From the NCBI GenBank assembly GCA_027923505.1, contig BROI01000013.1:186001-250000 (forward strand): a stretch of DNA of 64,000 bases, read 5' to 3'. The stretch comes from Mayamaea pseudoterrestris (Eukaryota). Of the stretch, positions 25,201-38,752 are shown in pieces (the stretch's first letter is position 1; each line of letters starts with the position of its first letter). The notes below the pieces were generated by a model. The model was given only the letters and a program-made list of their open reading frames with translations, was not told the origin of the DNA and did not search any database. Position numbers and translations under genes: made by a program.

Positions 25201-28200
25201 TACGGCCTCCACTGTGGGTATGGCCAACACCACAAGTTGCAGATTCGTCCCTGTCAAACGCCCCATGCCCTGGCCACCCAAATACCCAATGAGTCAGGCA
25301 AAACATGTCCAGGGTATGCCATTGACAGGTGCAGAGTCTCAAATGGTGCAAAAAGGACTGCCTGGAGGCTGACACCATGGGTACGGCCTCCACTGTGGGT
25401 ATGGCCAACACCACAAGTTGCAGATTCTTCCCTGTCAAACGCCCCATGCCCTGGCCACCCAAATACCCAATGAGTCAGGCAAAACATGTCCAGGGTATGC
25501 CATTGACAGGTGCAGAGTCTCAAATGGTGCAAAAAGGACTGCCTGGAGGCTGACAACATGGGTACGGCCTCCACTGTGGGTATGGCCAACACCACAAGTT
25601 GCAGATTCTTCCCCGTCAAACGCCCCATGCCCTGGCCACCCAAATACCCAATGAGTCAGGCAAAACATGTCCAGGGTATGCCATTGACAGGTGCATAGTC
25701 TCAAATGGTGCAAAAGGACTGCCTGGAGGCTGACACCATGGGTACGGCCTCCACTGTGGGTATGGCCAACACCACAAGTTGCAGATTCTTCCCTGTCAAA
25801 CGCCCCACGCCCTGGCCACCCAAATACCCAATGAGTCAGGCAAAACATCCTGTCAAACGCCCCATGCCCTGGCCACCCAAATACCCAATGAGTCAGGCAA
25901 AACATGTCCAGGGTATGCCATTGACAGGTGCATAGTCTCAAATGGTGCAAAAAGGACTGCCTGGAGGCTGACACCATGGGTACGGCCTCCACTGTGGGTA
26001 TGGCCAACACCACAAGTTGCAGATTCTTCCCTGTCAAACGCCCCATGCCCTGGCCACCCAAATACCCAATGAGTCAGGCAAAACATGTCCAGGGTATGCC
26101 ATTGACAGGTGCAGAGTCTCAAATGGTGCAAAAAGGACTGCCTGGAGGCTGACACCATGGGTACGGCCTCCACTGTGGGTATGGCCAACACCACAAGTTG
26201 CAGATTCTTCCCTGTCAAACGCCCCATGCCCTGGCCACCCAAATACCCAATGAGTCAGGCAAAACATGTCCAGGGTATGCCATTGACAGGTGCAGAGTCT
26301 CAAATGGTGCAAAAAGGACTGCCTGGAGGCTGACACCATGGGTACGGCCTCCACTGTGGGTATGGCCAACACCACAAGTTGCAGATTCTTCCCTGTCAAA
26401 CGCCCCATGCCCTGGCCACCCAAATACCCAATGAGTCAGGCAAAACATGTCCAGGGTATGCCATTGACAGGTGCATAGTCTCAAATGGTGCAAAAGGACT
26501 GCCTGGAGGCTGACACCATGGGTACGGCCTCCACTGTGGGTATGGCCAACACCACAAGTTGCAGATTCTTCCCTGTCAAACGCCCCATGCCCTGGCCACC
26601 CAAATACCCAATGAGTCAGGCAAAACATGTCCAGGGGATGCCATTGACAGGTGCAGAGTCTCAAATGGTGCAAAAAGGACTGCCTGGAGGCTGACAACAT
26701 GGGTACGGCCTCCACTGTGGGTATGGCCAACACCACAAGTTGCAGATTCGTCCCTGTCAAACGCCCCATGCCCTGGCCACCCAAATACCCAATGAGTCAG
26801 GCAAAACATGTCCAGGGTATGCCATTGACAGGTGCAGAGTCTCAAATGGTGCAAAAAGGACTGCCTGGAGGCTGACACCATGGGTACGGCCTCCACTGTG
26901 GGTATGGCCAACACCACAAGTTGCAGATTCTTCCCTGTCAAACGCCCCATGCCCTGGCCACCCAAATACCCAATGAGTCAGGCAAAACATGTCCAGGGTA
27001 TGCCATTGACAGGTGCAGAGTCTCAAATGGTGCAAAAAGGACTGCCTGGAGGCTGACAACATGGGTACGGCCTCCACTGTGGGTATGGCCAACACCACAA
27101 GTTGCAGATTCTTCCCCGTCAAACGCCCCATGCCCTGGCCACCCAAATACCCAATGAGTCAGGCAAAACATGTCCAGGGTATGCCATTGACAGGTGCATA
27201 GTCTCAAATGGTGCAAAAGGACTGCCTGGAGGCTGACACCATGGGTACGGCCTCCACTGTGGGTATGGCCAACACCACAAGTTGCAGATTCTTCCCTGTC
27301 AAACGCCCCACGCCCTGGCCACCCAAATACCCAATGAGTCAGGCAAAACATGTCCAGGGTATGCCATTGACAGGTGCATAGTCTCAAATGGTGCAAAAAA
27401 GGCCTGCCTGGAGGCTGACACCATGGGTACGGCCTCCACTGTGGGTATGGCCAACACCACAAGTTGCAGATTCTTCTGTCAAACGCCCCATGCCCTGGCC
27501 ACCCAAATACCCAATGAGTCAGGCAAAACATGTCCAGGGTATGCCATTGACAGGTGCATAGTCTCAAATGGTGCAAAAAGGACTGCCTGGAGGCTGCCAC
27601 CATGGGTACGGCCTCCACTGTGGGTATGGCCAACACCACAAGTTGCAGATTCTTCCCTGTCAAACGCCCCATGCCCTGGCCACCCAAATACCCAATGAGT
27701 CAGGCAAAACATGTCCAGGGTATGCCATTGACAGGTGCATAGTCTCAAATGGTGCAAAAAGGACTGCCTGGAGGCTGACACCATGGGTACGGCCTCCACT
27801 GTGGGTATGGCCAACACCACAAGTTGCAGATTCTTCCCTGTCAAACGCCCCATGCCCTGGCCAGGCCACCCAAATACCCAATGAGTCAGGCAAAACATGT
27901 CCAGGGTATGCCATTGACAGGTGCATAGTCTCAAATGGTGCAAAAAGGACTGCCTGGAGGCTGACACCATGGGTACGGCCTCCACTGTGGGTATGGCCAA
28001 CACCACAAGTTGCAGATTCTTCCCTGTCAAACGCCCCATGCCCTGGCCACCCAAATACCCAATGAGTCAGGCAAAACATGTCCAGGGTATGCCATTGACA
28101 GGTGCATAGTCTCAAATGGTGCAAAAAGGACTGCCTGGAGGCTGACACCATGGGTACGGCCTCCACTGTTGGTATGGCCAACACCACAAGTTGCAGATTC

Positions 28201-31200
28201 TTCCCTGTCAAACGCCCCATGCCCTGGCCACCCAAATACCCAATGAGTCAGGCAAAACATGTCCAGGGTATGCCATTGACAGGTGCATAGTCTCAAATGG
28301 TGCAAAAAGGACTGCCTGGAGGCTGACAACATGGGTACGGCCTCCACTGTGGGTATGGCCAACACCACCCAAATACCCAATGAGTCAGGCAAAACATGTC
28401 CAGGGTATGCCATTGACAGGTGCATAGTCTCAAATGGTGCAAAAAGGACTGCCTGGAAGCTGACACCATGGGTACGGCCTCCACTGTGGGTATGGCCAAC
28501 ACCACAAGTTGCAGATTCTTCCCTGTCAAACGCCCCATGCCCTGGCCACCCAAATACCCAATGAGTCAGGCAAAACATGTCCAGGGTATGCCATTGACAG
28601 GTGCATAGTCTCAAATGGTGCAAAAGGACTGCCTGGAGGCTGACACCATGGGTACGGCCTCCACTGTGGGTATGGCCAACACCACAAGTTGCAGATTCTT
28701 CCCGGTCAAACGCCCCATGCCCTGGCCACCCAAATACCCAATGAGTCAGGCAAAACATGTCCAGGGTATGCCATTGACAGGTGCAGAGTCTCAAATGGTG
28801 CAAAAAGGACTGCCTGGAGGCTGACAACATGGGTACGGCCTCCACTGTGGGTATGGCCAACACCACAAGTTGCAGATTCTTCCCTGTCAAACGCCCCATG
28901 CCCTGGCCACCCAAATACCCAATGAGTCAGGCAAAACATGTCCAGGGTATGCCATTGACAGGTGCATAGTCTCAAATGGTGCAAAAAGGACTGCCTGGAG
29001 GCTGACACCATGGGTACGGCCTCCACTGTGGGTATGGCCAACACCACAAGTTGCAGATTCTTCCCTGTCAAACGCCCCATGCCCTGGCCACCCAAATACC
29101 CAATGAGTCAGGCAAAACATGTCCAGGGTATGCCATTGACAGGTGCATAGTCTCAAATGGTGCAAAAAGGACTGCCTGGAGGCTGACACCATGGGTACGG
29201 CCTCCACTGTGGGTATGGCCAACACCACAAGTTGCAGATTCTTCCCTGTCAAACGCCCCATGCCCTGGCCACCCAAATACCCAATGAGTCAGGCAAAACA
29301 TGTCCAGGGTATGCCATTGACAGGTGCATAGTCTCAAATGGTGCAAAAGGACTGCCTGGAGGCTGACACCATGGGTACGGCCTCCACTGTGGGTATGGCC
29401 AACACCACAAGTTGCAGATTCTTCCCTGTCAAACGCCCCATGCCCTGGCCACCCAAATACCCAATGAGTCAGGCAAAACATGTCCAGGGTATGCCATTGA
29501 CAGGTGCATAGTCTCAAATGGTGCAAAAAGGACTGCCTGGAGGCTGACACCATGGGTACGGCCTCCACTGTGGGTATGGCCAACACCACAAGTTGCAGAT
29601 TCTTCCCTGTCAAACGCCCCCATGCCCTGGCCACCCAAATACCCAATGAGTCAGGCAAAACATGTCCAGGGTATGCCATTGACAGGTGCATAGTCTCAAA
29701 TGGTGCAAAAAGGACTGCCTGGAGGCTGACACCATGGGTTAGGCCTCCACTGTGGGTATGGCCAACACCACAAGTTGCAGATTCTTCCCTGTCAAACGCC
29801 CCATGCCCTGGCCACCCAAATACCCAATGAGTCAGGCAAAACATGTCCAGGGTATGCCATTGACAGGTGCATAGTCTCAAATGGTGCAAAAAGGACTGCC
29901 TGGAGGCTGACACCATGGGTACGGCCTCCACTGTGGGTATGGCCAACACCACAAGTTGCAGATTCTTCCCTGTCAAACGCCCCATGCCCTGGCCACCCAA
30001 ATACCCAATGAGTCAGGCAAAACATGTCCAGGGTATGCCATTGACAGGTGCAGAGTCTCAAATGGTGCAAAAGGGACTGCCTGGAGGCTGACACCATGGG
30101 TACGGCCTCCACTGTGGGTATGGCCAACACCACAAGTTGCAGATTCTTCCCTGTCAAACGCCCCATGCCCTGGCCACCCAAATACCCAATGAGTCAGGCA
30201 AAACATGTCCAGGGTATGCCATTGACAGGTGCATAGTCTCAAATGGTGCAAAAGGACTGCCTGGAGGCTGACACCATGGGTACGGCCTCCACTGTGGGTA
30301 TGGCCAACACCACAAGTTGCAGATTCTTCCCTGTCAAACGCCCCATGCCCTGGCCACCCAAATACCCAATGAGTCAGGCAAAACATGTCCAGGGTATGCC
30401 ATTGACAGGTGCATAGTCTCAAATGGTGCAAAAGGACTGCCTGGAGGCTGACACCATGGGTACGGCCTCCACTGTGGGTATGGCCAACACCACAAGTTGC
30501 AGATTCTTCCCTGTCAAACGCCCCATGCCCTGGCCACCCAAATACCCAATGAGTCAGGCAAAACATGTCCAGGGTATGCCATTGACAGGTGCAGAGTCTC
30601 AAATGGTGCAAAAAGGACTGCCTGGAGGCTGACACCATGGGTACGGCCTCCACTGTGGGTATGGCCAACACCACAAGTTGCAGATTCTTCCCTGTCAAAC
30701 GCCCCATGCCCTGGCCACCCAAATACCCAATGAGTCAGGCAAAACATGTCCAGGGTATGCCATTGACAGGTGCATAGTCTCAAATGGTGCAAAAGGACTG
30801 CCTGGAGGCTGACACCATGGGTACGGCCTCCACTGTGGGTATGGCCAACACCACAAGTTGCGGATTCTTCCCTGTCAAACGCCCCATGCCCTGGCCACCC
30901 AAATACCCAATGAGTCAGGCAAAACATGTCCAGGGTATGCCATTGACAGGTGCATAGTCTCAAATGGTGCAAAAAGGACTGCCTGGAGGCTGACACCATG
31001 GGTACGGCCTCCACTGTGGGTATGGCCAACACCACAAGTTGCAGATTCTTCCCTGTCAAACGCCCCATGCCCTGGCCACCCAAATACCCAATGAGTCAGG
31101 CAAAACATGTCCAGGGTATGCCATTGACAGGTGCAGAGTCTCAAATGGTGCAAAAAGGACTGCCTGGAGGCTGACACCATGGGTACGGCCTCCACTGTGG

Positions 31201-34200
31201 GTATGGCCAACACCACAAGTTGCAGATTCTTCCCTGTCAAACGCCCCATGCCCTGGCCACCCAAATACCCAATGAGTCAGGCAAAACATGTCCAGGGTAT
31301 GCCATTGACAGGTGCATAGTCTCAAATGGTGCAAAAAGGACTGCCTGGAGGCTGACACCATGGGTACGGCCTCCACTGTGGGTATGGCCAACACCACAAG
31401 TTGCAGATTCTTCCCTGTCAAACGCCCCATGCCCTGGCCACCCAAATACCCAATGAGTCAGGCAAAACATGTCCAGGGTATGCCATTGACAGGTGCATAG
31501 TCTCAAATGGTGCAAAAAGGACTGCCTGGAGGCTGACAACATGGTACGGCCTCCACTGTGGGTATGGCCAACACCACAAGTTGCAGATTCTTCCCTGTCA
31601 AACGCCCCATGCCCTGGCCACCCAAATACCCAATGAGTCAGGCAAAACATGTCCAGGGTATGCCATTGACAGGTGCAGAGTCTCAAATGGTGCAAAAGGA
31701 CTGCCTGGAGGCTGACACCATGGGTACGGCCTCCACTGTGGGTATGGCCAACACCACAAGTTGCAGATTCTTCCCTGTCAAACGCCCCATGCCCTGGCCA
31801 CCCAAATACCCAATGAGTCAGGCAAAACATGTCCAGGGTATGCCATTGACAGGTGCATAGTCTCAAATGGTGCAAAAAGGACTGCCTGGAGGCTGACACC
31901 ATGGGTACGGCCTCCACTGTGGGTATGGCCAACACCACAAGTTGCAGATTCTTCCCTGTCAAACGCCCCATGCCCTGGCCACCCAAATACCCAATGAGTC
32001 AGGCAAAACATGTCCAGGGTATGCCATTGACAGGTGCAGAGTCTCAAATGGTGCAAAAAGGACTGCCTGGAGGCTGACAACATGGGTACGGCCTCCACTG
32101 TGGGTATGGCCAACACCACAAGTTGCAGATTCTTCCCTGTCAAACGCCCCATGCCCTGGCCACCCAAATACCCAATGAGTCAGGCAAAACATGTCCAGGG
32201 TATGCCATTGACAGGTGCATAGTCTCAAATGGTGCAAAAAGGACTGCCTGGAGGCTGACACCATGGGTACGGCCTCCACTGTGGGTATGGCCAACACCAC
32301 AAGTTGCAGATTCTTCCCTGTCAAACGCCCCATGCCCTGGCCACCCAAATACCCAATGAGTCAGGCAAAACATGTCCAGGGTATGCCATTGACAGGTGCA
32401 GAGTCTCAAATGGTGCAAAAAGGACTGCCTGGAGGCTGACACCATGGGTACGGCCTCCACTGTGGGTATGGCCAACACCACAAGTTGCAGATTCTTCCCT
32501 GTCAAACGCCCCATGCCCTGGCCACCCAAATACCCAATGAGTCAGGCAAAACATGTCCAGGGTATGCCATTGACAGGTGCAGAGTCTCAAATGGTGCAAA
32601 AGGACTGCCTGGAGGCTGACAACATGGGTACGGCCTCCACTGTGGGTATGGCCAACACCACAAGTTGCAGATTCTTCCCTGTCAAACGCCCCATGCCCTG
32701 GCCACCCAAATACCCAATGAGTCAGGCAAAACATGTCCAGGGTATGCCATTGACAGGTGCAGAGTCTAAAATGGTGCAAAAAGGACTGCCTGGAGGCTGA
32801 CACCATGGGTACGGCCTCCACTGTGGGTATGGCCAACACCACAAGTTGCAGATTCTTCCCTGTCAAACGCCCCATGCCCTGGCCACCCAAATACCCAATG
32901 AGTCAGGCAAAACATGTCCAGGGTATGCCATTGACAGGTGCATAGTCTCAAATGGTGCAAAAAGGACTGCCTGGAGGCTGACAACATGGGTACGGCCTCC
33001 ACTGTGGGTATGGCCAACACCACAAGTTGCAGATTCTTCCCTGTCAAACGCCCCATGCCCTGGCCACCCAAATACCCAATGAGTCAGGCAAAACATGTCC
33101 AGGGTATGCCATTGACAGGTGCATAGTCTCAAATGGTGCAAAAAGGACTGCCTGGAGGCTGACAACATGGGTACGGCCTCCACTGTGGGTATGGCCAACA
33201 CCACAAGTTGCAGATTCTTCCCTGTCAAACGCCCCATGCCCTGGCCACCCAAATACCCAATGAGTCAGGCAAAACATGTCCAGGGGATGCCATTGACAGG
33301 TGCAGAGTCTCAAATGGTGCAAAAAGGACTGCCTGGAGGCTGACAACATGGGTACGGCCTCCACTGTGGGTATGGCCAACACCACAAGTTGCAGATTCTT
33401 CCCTGTCAAACGCCCCATGCCCTGGCCACCCAAATACCCAATGAGTCAGGCAAAACATGTCCAGGGTATGCCATTGACAGGTGCAGAGTCTCAAATGGTG
33501 CAAAAAGGACTGCCTGGAGGCTGACAACATGGGTACGGCCTCCACTGTGGGTATGGCCAACACCACAAGTTGCAGATTCTTCCCTGTCAAACGCCCCATG
33601 CCCTGGCCACCCAAATACCCAATGAGTCAGGCAAAACATGTCCAGGGTATGCCATTGACAGGTGCATAGTCTCAAATGGTGCAAAAAGGACTGCCTGGAG
33701 GCTGACACCATGGGTACGGCCTCCACTGTGGGTATGGCCAACACCACAAGTTGCAGATTCTTCCCTGTCAAACGCCCCATGCCCTGGCCACCCAAATACC
33801 CAATGAGTCAGGCAAAACATGTCCAGGGTATGCCATTGACAGGTGCAGAGTCTCAAATGGTGCAAAAAGGACTGCCTGGAGGCTGACAACATGGGTACGG
33901 CCTCCACTGTGGGTATGGCCAACACCACAAGTTGCAGATTCTTCCCTGTCAAACGCCCCATGCCCTGGCCACCCAAATACCCAATGAGTCAGGCAAAACA
34001 TGTCCAGGGTATGCCATTGACAGGTGCAGAGTCTCAAATGGTGCAAAAAGGACTGCCTGGAGGCTCCAAATACCCAATGAGTCAGGCAAAACATGTCCAG
34101 GGTATGCCATTGACAGGTGCAGAGTCTCAAATGGTGCAAAAAGGACTGCCTGGAGGCTGACAACATGGGTACGGCCTCCACTGTGGGTATGGCCAACACC

Positions 34201-37200
34201 ACAAGTTGCAGATTCTTCCCTGTCAAACGCCCCATGCCCTGGCCACCCAAATACCCAATGAGTCAGGCAAAACATGTCCAGGGTATGCCATTGACAGGTG
34301 CAGAGTCTCAAATGGTGCAAAAGGACTGCCTGGAGGCTGACAACATGGGTACGGCCTCCACTGTGGGTATGGCCAACACCACAAGTTGCAGATTCTTCCC
34401 TGTCAAACGCCCCATGCCCTGGCCACCCAAATACCCAATGAGTCAGGCAAAACATGTCCAGGGTATGCCATTGACAGGTGCATAGTCTCAAATGGTGCAA
34501 AAAGGACTGCCTGGAGGCTGACACCATGGGTACGGCCTCCACTGTGGGTATGGCCAACACCACAAGTTGCAGATTCTTCCCTGTCAAACGCCCCATGCCC
34601 TGGCCACCCAAATACCCAATGAGTCAGGCAAAACATGTCCAGGGTATGCCATTGACAGGTGCAGAGTCTCAAATGGTGCAAAAAGGACTGCCTGGAGGCT
34701 GACAACATGGGTACGGCCTCCACTGTGGGTATGGCCAACACCACAAGTTGCAGATTCTTCCCTGTCAAACGCCCCATGCCCTGGCCACCCAAATACCCAA
34801 TGAGTCAGGCAAAACATGTCCAGGGTATGCCATTGACAGGTGCAGAGTCTCAAATGGTGCAAAAAGGACTGCCTGGAGGCTGACAACATGGGTACGGCCT
34901 CCACTGTGGGTATGGCCAACACCACAAGTTGCAGATTCTTCCCTGTCAAACGCCCCATGCCCTGGCCACCCAAATACCCAATGAGTCAGGCAAAACATGT
35001 CCAGGGTATGCCATTGACAGGTGCAGAGTCTCAAATGGTGCAAAAAGGACTGCCTGGAGGCTGACACCATGGGTACGGCCTCCACTGTGGGTATGGCCAA
35101 CACCACAAGTTGCAGATTCTTCCCTGTCAAACGCCCCATGCCCTGGCCACCCAAATACCCAATGAGTCAGGCAAAACATGTCCAGGGTATGCCATTGACA
35201 GGTGCAGAGTCTCAAATGGTGCAAAAAGGACTGCCTGGAGGCTGACAACATGGGTACGGCCTCCACTGTGGGTATGGCCAACACCACAAGTTGCAGATTC
35301 TTCCCTGTCAAACGCCCCATGCCCTGGCCACCCAAATACCCAATGAGTCAGGCAAAACATGTCCAGGGTATGCCATTGACAGGTGCAGAGTCTCAAATGG
35401 TGCAAAAAGGACTGCCTGGAGGCTGACACCATGGGTACGGCCTCCACTGTGGGTATGGCCAACACCACAAGTTGCAGATTCTTCCCTGTCAAACGCCCCA
35501 TGCCCTGGCCACCCAAATACCCAATGAGTCAGGCAAAACATGTCCAGGGTATGCCATTGACAGGTGCAGAGTCTCAAATGGTGCAAAAAGGACTGCCTGG
35601 AGGCTGACACCATGGGTACGGCCTCCACTGTGGGTATGGCCAACACCACAAGTTGCAGATTCTTCCCTGTCAAACGCCCCATGCCCTGGCCACCCAAATA
35701 CCCAATGAGTCAGGCAAAACATGTCCAGGGGATGCCATTGACAGGTGCAGAGTCTCAAATGGTGCAAAAAGGACTGCCTGGAGGCTGACAACATGGGTAC
35801 GGCCTCCACTGTGGGTATGGCCAACACCACAAGTTGCAGATTCTTCCCTGTCAAACGCCCCATGCCCTGGCCACCCAAATACCCAATGAGTCAGGCAAAA
35901 CATGTCCAGGGTATGCCATTGACAGGTGCAGAGTCTCAAATGGTGCAAAAAGGACTGCCTGGAGGCTGACACCATGGGTACGGCCTCCACTGTGGGTATG
36001 GCCAACACCACAAGTTGCAGATTCTTCCCTGTCAAACGCCCCATGCCCTGGCCACCCAAATACCCAATGAGTCAGGCAAAACATGTCCAGGGTATGCCAT
36101 TGACAGGTGCAGAGTCTCAAATGGTGCAAAAAGGACTGCCTGGAGGCTGACAACATGGGTACGGCCTCCACTGTGGGTATGGCCAACACCACAAGTTGCA
36201 GATTCTTCCCTGTCAAACGCCCCATGCCCTGGCCACCCAAATACCCAATGAGTCAGGCAAAACATGTCCAGGGTATGCCATTGACAGGTGCAGAGTCTCA
36301 AATGGTGCAAAAAGGACTGCCTGGAGGCTGACACCATGGGTACGGCCTCCACTGTGGGTATGGCCAACACCACAAGTTGCAGATTCTTCCCTGTCAAACG
36401 CCCCATGCCCTGGCCACCCAAATACCCAATGAGTCAGGCAAAACATGTCCAGGGTATGCCATTGACAGGTGCAGAGTCTCAAATGGTGCAAAAAGGACTG
36501 CCTGGAGGCTGACAACATGGGTACGGCCTCCACTGTGGGTATGGCCAACACCACAAGTTGCAGATTCTTCCCTGTCAAACGCCCCATGCCCTGGCCACCC
36601 AAATACCCAATGAGTCAGGCAAAACATGTCCAGGGTATGCCATTGACAGGTGCAGAGTCTCAAATGGTGCAAAAAGGACTGCCTGGAGGCTGACAACATG
36701 GGTACGGCCTCCACTGTGGGTATGGCCAACACCACAAGTTGCAGATTCTTCCCTGTCAAACGCCCCATGCCCCGGCCACCCAAATACCCAATGAGTCAGG
36801 CAAAACATGTCCAGGGTATGCCATTGACAGGTGCAGAGTCTCAAATGGTGCAAAAAGGACTGCCTGGAGGCTGACACCATGGGTACGGCCTCCACTGTGG
36901 GTATGGCCAACACCACAAGTTGCAGATTCTTCCCTGTCAAACGCCCCATGCCCTGGCCACCCAAATACCCAATGAGTCAGGCAAAACATGTCCAGGGTAT
37001 GCCATTGACAGGTGCAGAGTCTCAAATGGTGCAAAAAGGACTGCCTGGAGGCTGACAACATGGGTACGGCCTCCACTGTGGGTATGGCCAACACCACAAG
37101 TTGCAGATTCTTCCCTGTCAAACGCCCCATGCCCTGGCCACCCAAATACCCAATGAGTCAGGCAAAACATGTCCAGGGGATGCCATTGACAGGTGCAGAG

Positions 37201-38752
37201 TCTCAAATGGTGCAAAAAGGACTGCCTGGAGGCTGAAGGGGGGGGGCCCCCCTGGGGGGTTGCCCAACCACGATTTATTTTCCCCCGCCTCCCACATGGG
37301 TACGGCCTCCACTACTGTGGGTATGGCCAACACCACAAGTTGCAGATTCTTCCCTGTCAAACGCCCCATGCCCTGGCCACCCAAATACCCAATGAGTCAG
37401 GCAAAACATGTCCAGGGTATGCCATTGACAGGTGCAGAGTCTCAAATGGTGCAAAAAGGACTGCCTGGAGGCTGACAACATGGGTACGGCCTCCACTGTG
37501 GGTATGGCCAACACCACAAGTTGCAGATTCTTCCCTGTCAAACGCCCCATGCCCTGGCCACCCAAATACCCAATGAGTCAGGCAAAACATGTCCAGGGTA
37601 TGCCATTGACAGGTGCAGAGTCTCAAATGGTGCAAAAAGGACTGCCTGGAGGCTGACAACATGGGTACGGCCTCCACTGTGGGTATGGCCAACACCACAA
37701 GTTGCAGATTCTTCCCTGTCAAACGCCCCATGCCCTGGCCACCCAAATACCCAATGAGTCAGGCAAAACATGTCCAGGGTATGCCATTGACAGGTGCATA
37801 GTCTCAAATGGTGCAAAAAGGACTGCCTGGAGGCTGACAACATGGGTACGGCCTCCACTGTGGGTATGGCCAACACCACAAGTTGCAGATTCTTCCCTGT
37901 CAAACGCCCCATGCCCTGGCCACCCAAATACCCAATGAGTCAGGCAAAACATGTCCAGGGTATGCCATTGACAGGTGCAGAGTCTCAAATGGTGCAAAAA
38001 GGACTGCCTGGAGGCTGACACCATGGGTACGGCCTCCACTGTGGGTATGGCCAACACCACAAGTTGCAGATTCTTCCCTGTCAAACGCCCCATGCCCTGG
38101 CCACCCAAATACCCAATGAGTCAGGCAAAACATGTCCAGGGTATGCCATTGACAGGTGCAGAGTCTCAAATGGTGCAAAAAGGACTGCCTGGAGGCTGAC
38201 ACCATGGGTACGGCCTCCACTGTGGGTATGGCCAACACCACAAGTTGCAGATTCTTCCCTGTCAAACGCCCCATGCCCTGGCCACCCAAATACCCAATGA
38301 GTCAGGCAAAACATGTCCAGGGTATGCCATTGACAGGTGCATAGTCTCAAATGGTGCAAAAAGGACTGCCTGGAGGCTGACAACATGGGTACGGCCTCCA
38401 CTGTGGGTATGGCCAACACCACAAGTTGCAGATTCTTCCCTGTCAAACGCCCCATGCCCTGGCCACCCAAATACCCAATGAGTCAGGCAAAACATGTCCA
38501 GGGTAGGCCATTGACAGGTGCATAGTCTCAAATGGTGCAAAAAGGACTGCCTGGAGGCTGACAACATGGGTATGGCCAACACCACAAGTTGCAGATTCTT
38601 CCCTGTCAAACGCCCCATGCCCTGGCCACCCAAATACCCAATGAGTCAGGCAAAACATGTCCAGGGTATGCCATTGACAGGTGCATAGTCTCAAATGGTG
38701 CAAAAAGGACTGCCTGGAGGCTGACAACATGGGTACGGCCTCCACTGTGGGT
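16105..38752. repeat. Satellite A: tandem array of 181-bp (sometimes 180-bp) monomers, ~125 copies, ~22.6 kb
   Basis: The monomer cagattcttccctgtcaaacgccccatgccctggccacccaaatacccaatgagtcaggcaaaacatgtccagggtatgccattgacaggtgcagagtctcaaatggtgcaaaaaggactgcctggaggctgacaccatgggtacggcctccactgtgggtatggccaacaccacaagttg repeats head-to-tail. The ORF track shows a 181-nt period. The first unit is degenerate. Confidence 0.98.

Noticed and set aside
37236..37295. G/C-homopolymer-rich insertion within satellite A
   Set aside because: It reads as a homopolymer-distorted copy of the adjacent monomer segment, typical of a low-quality read patch rather than a real insert.
16200..38752. Satellite-encoded hammerhead ribozyme
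   Set aside because: No CUGANGA...GAAA core was found on either strand of the monomer by eye; an Infernal/Rfam scan would be definitive.
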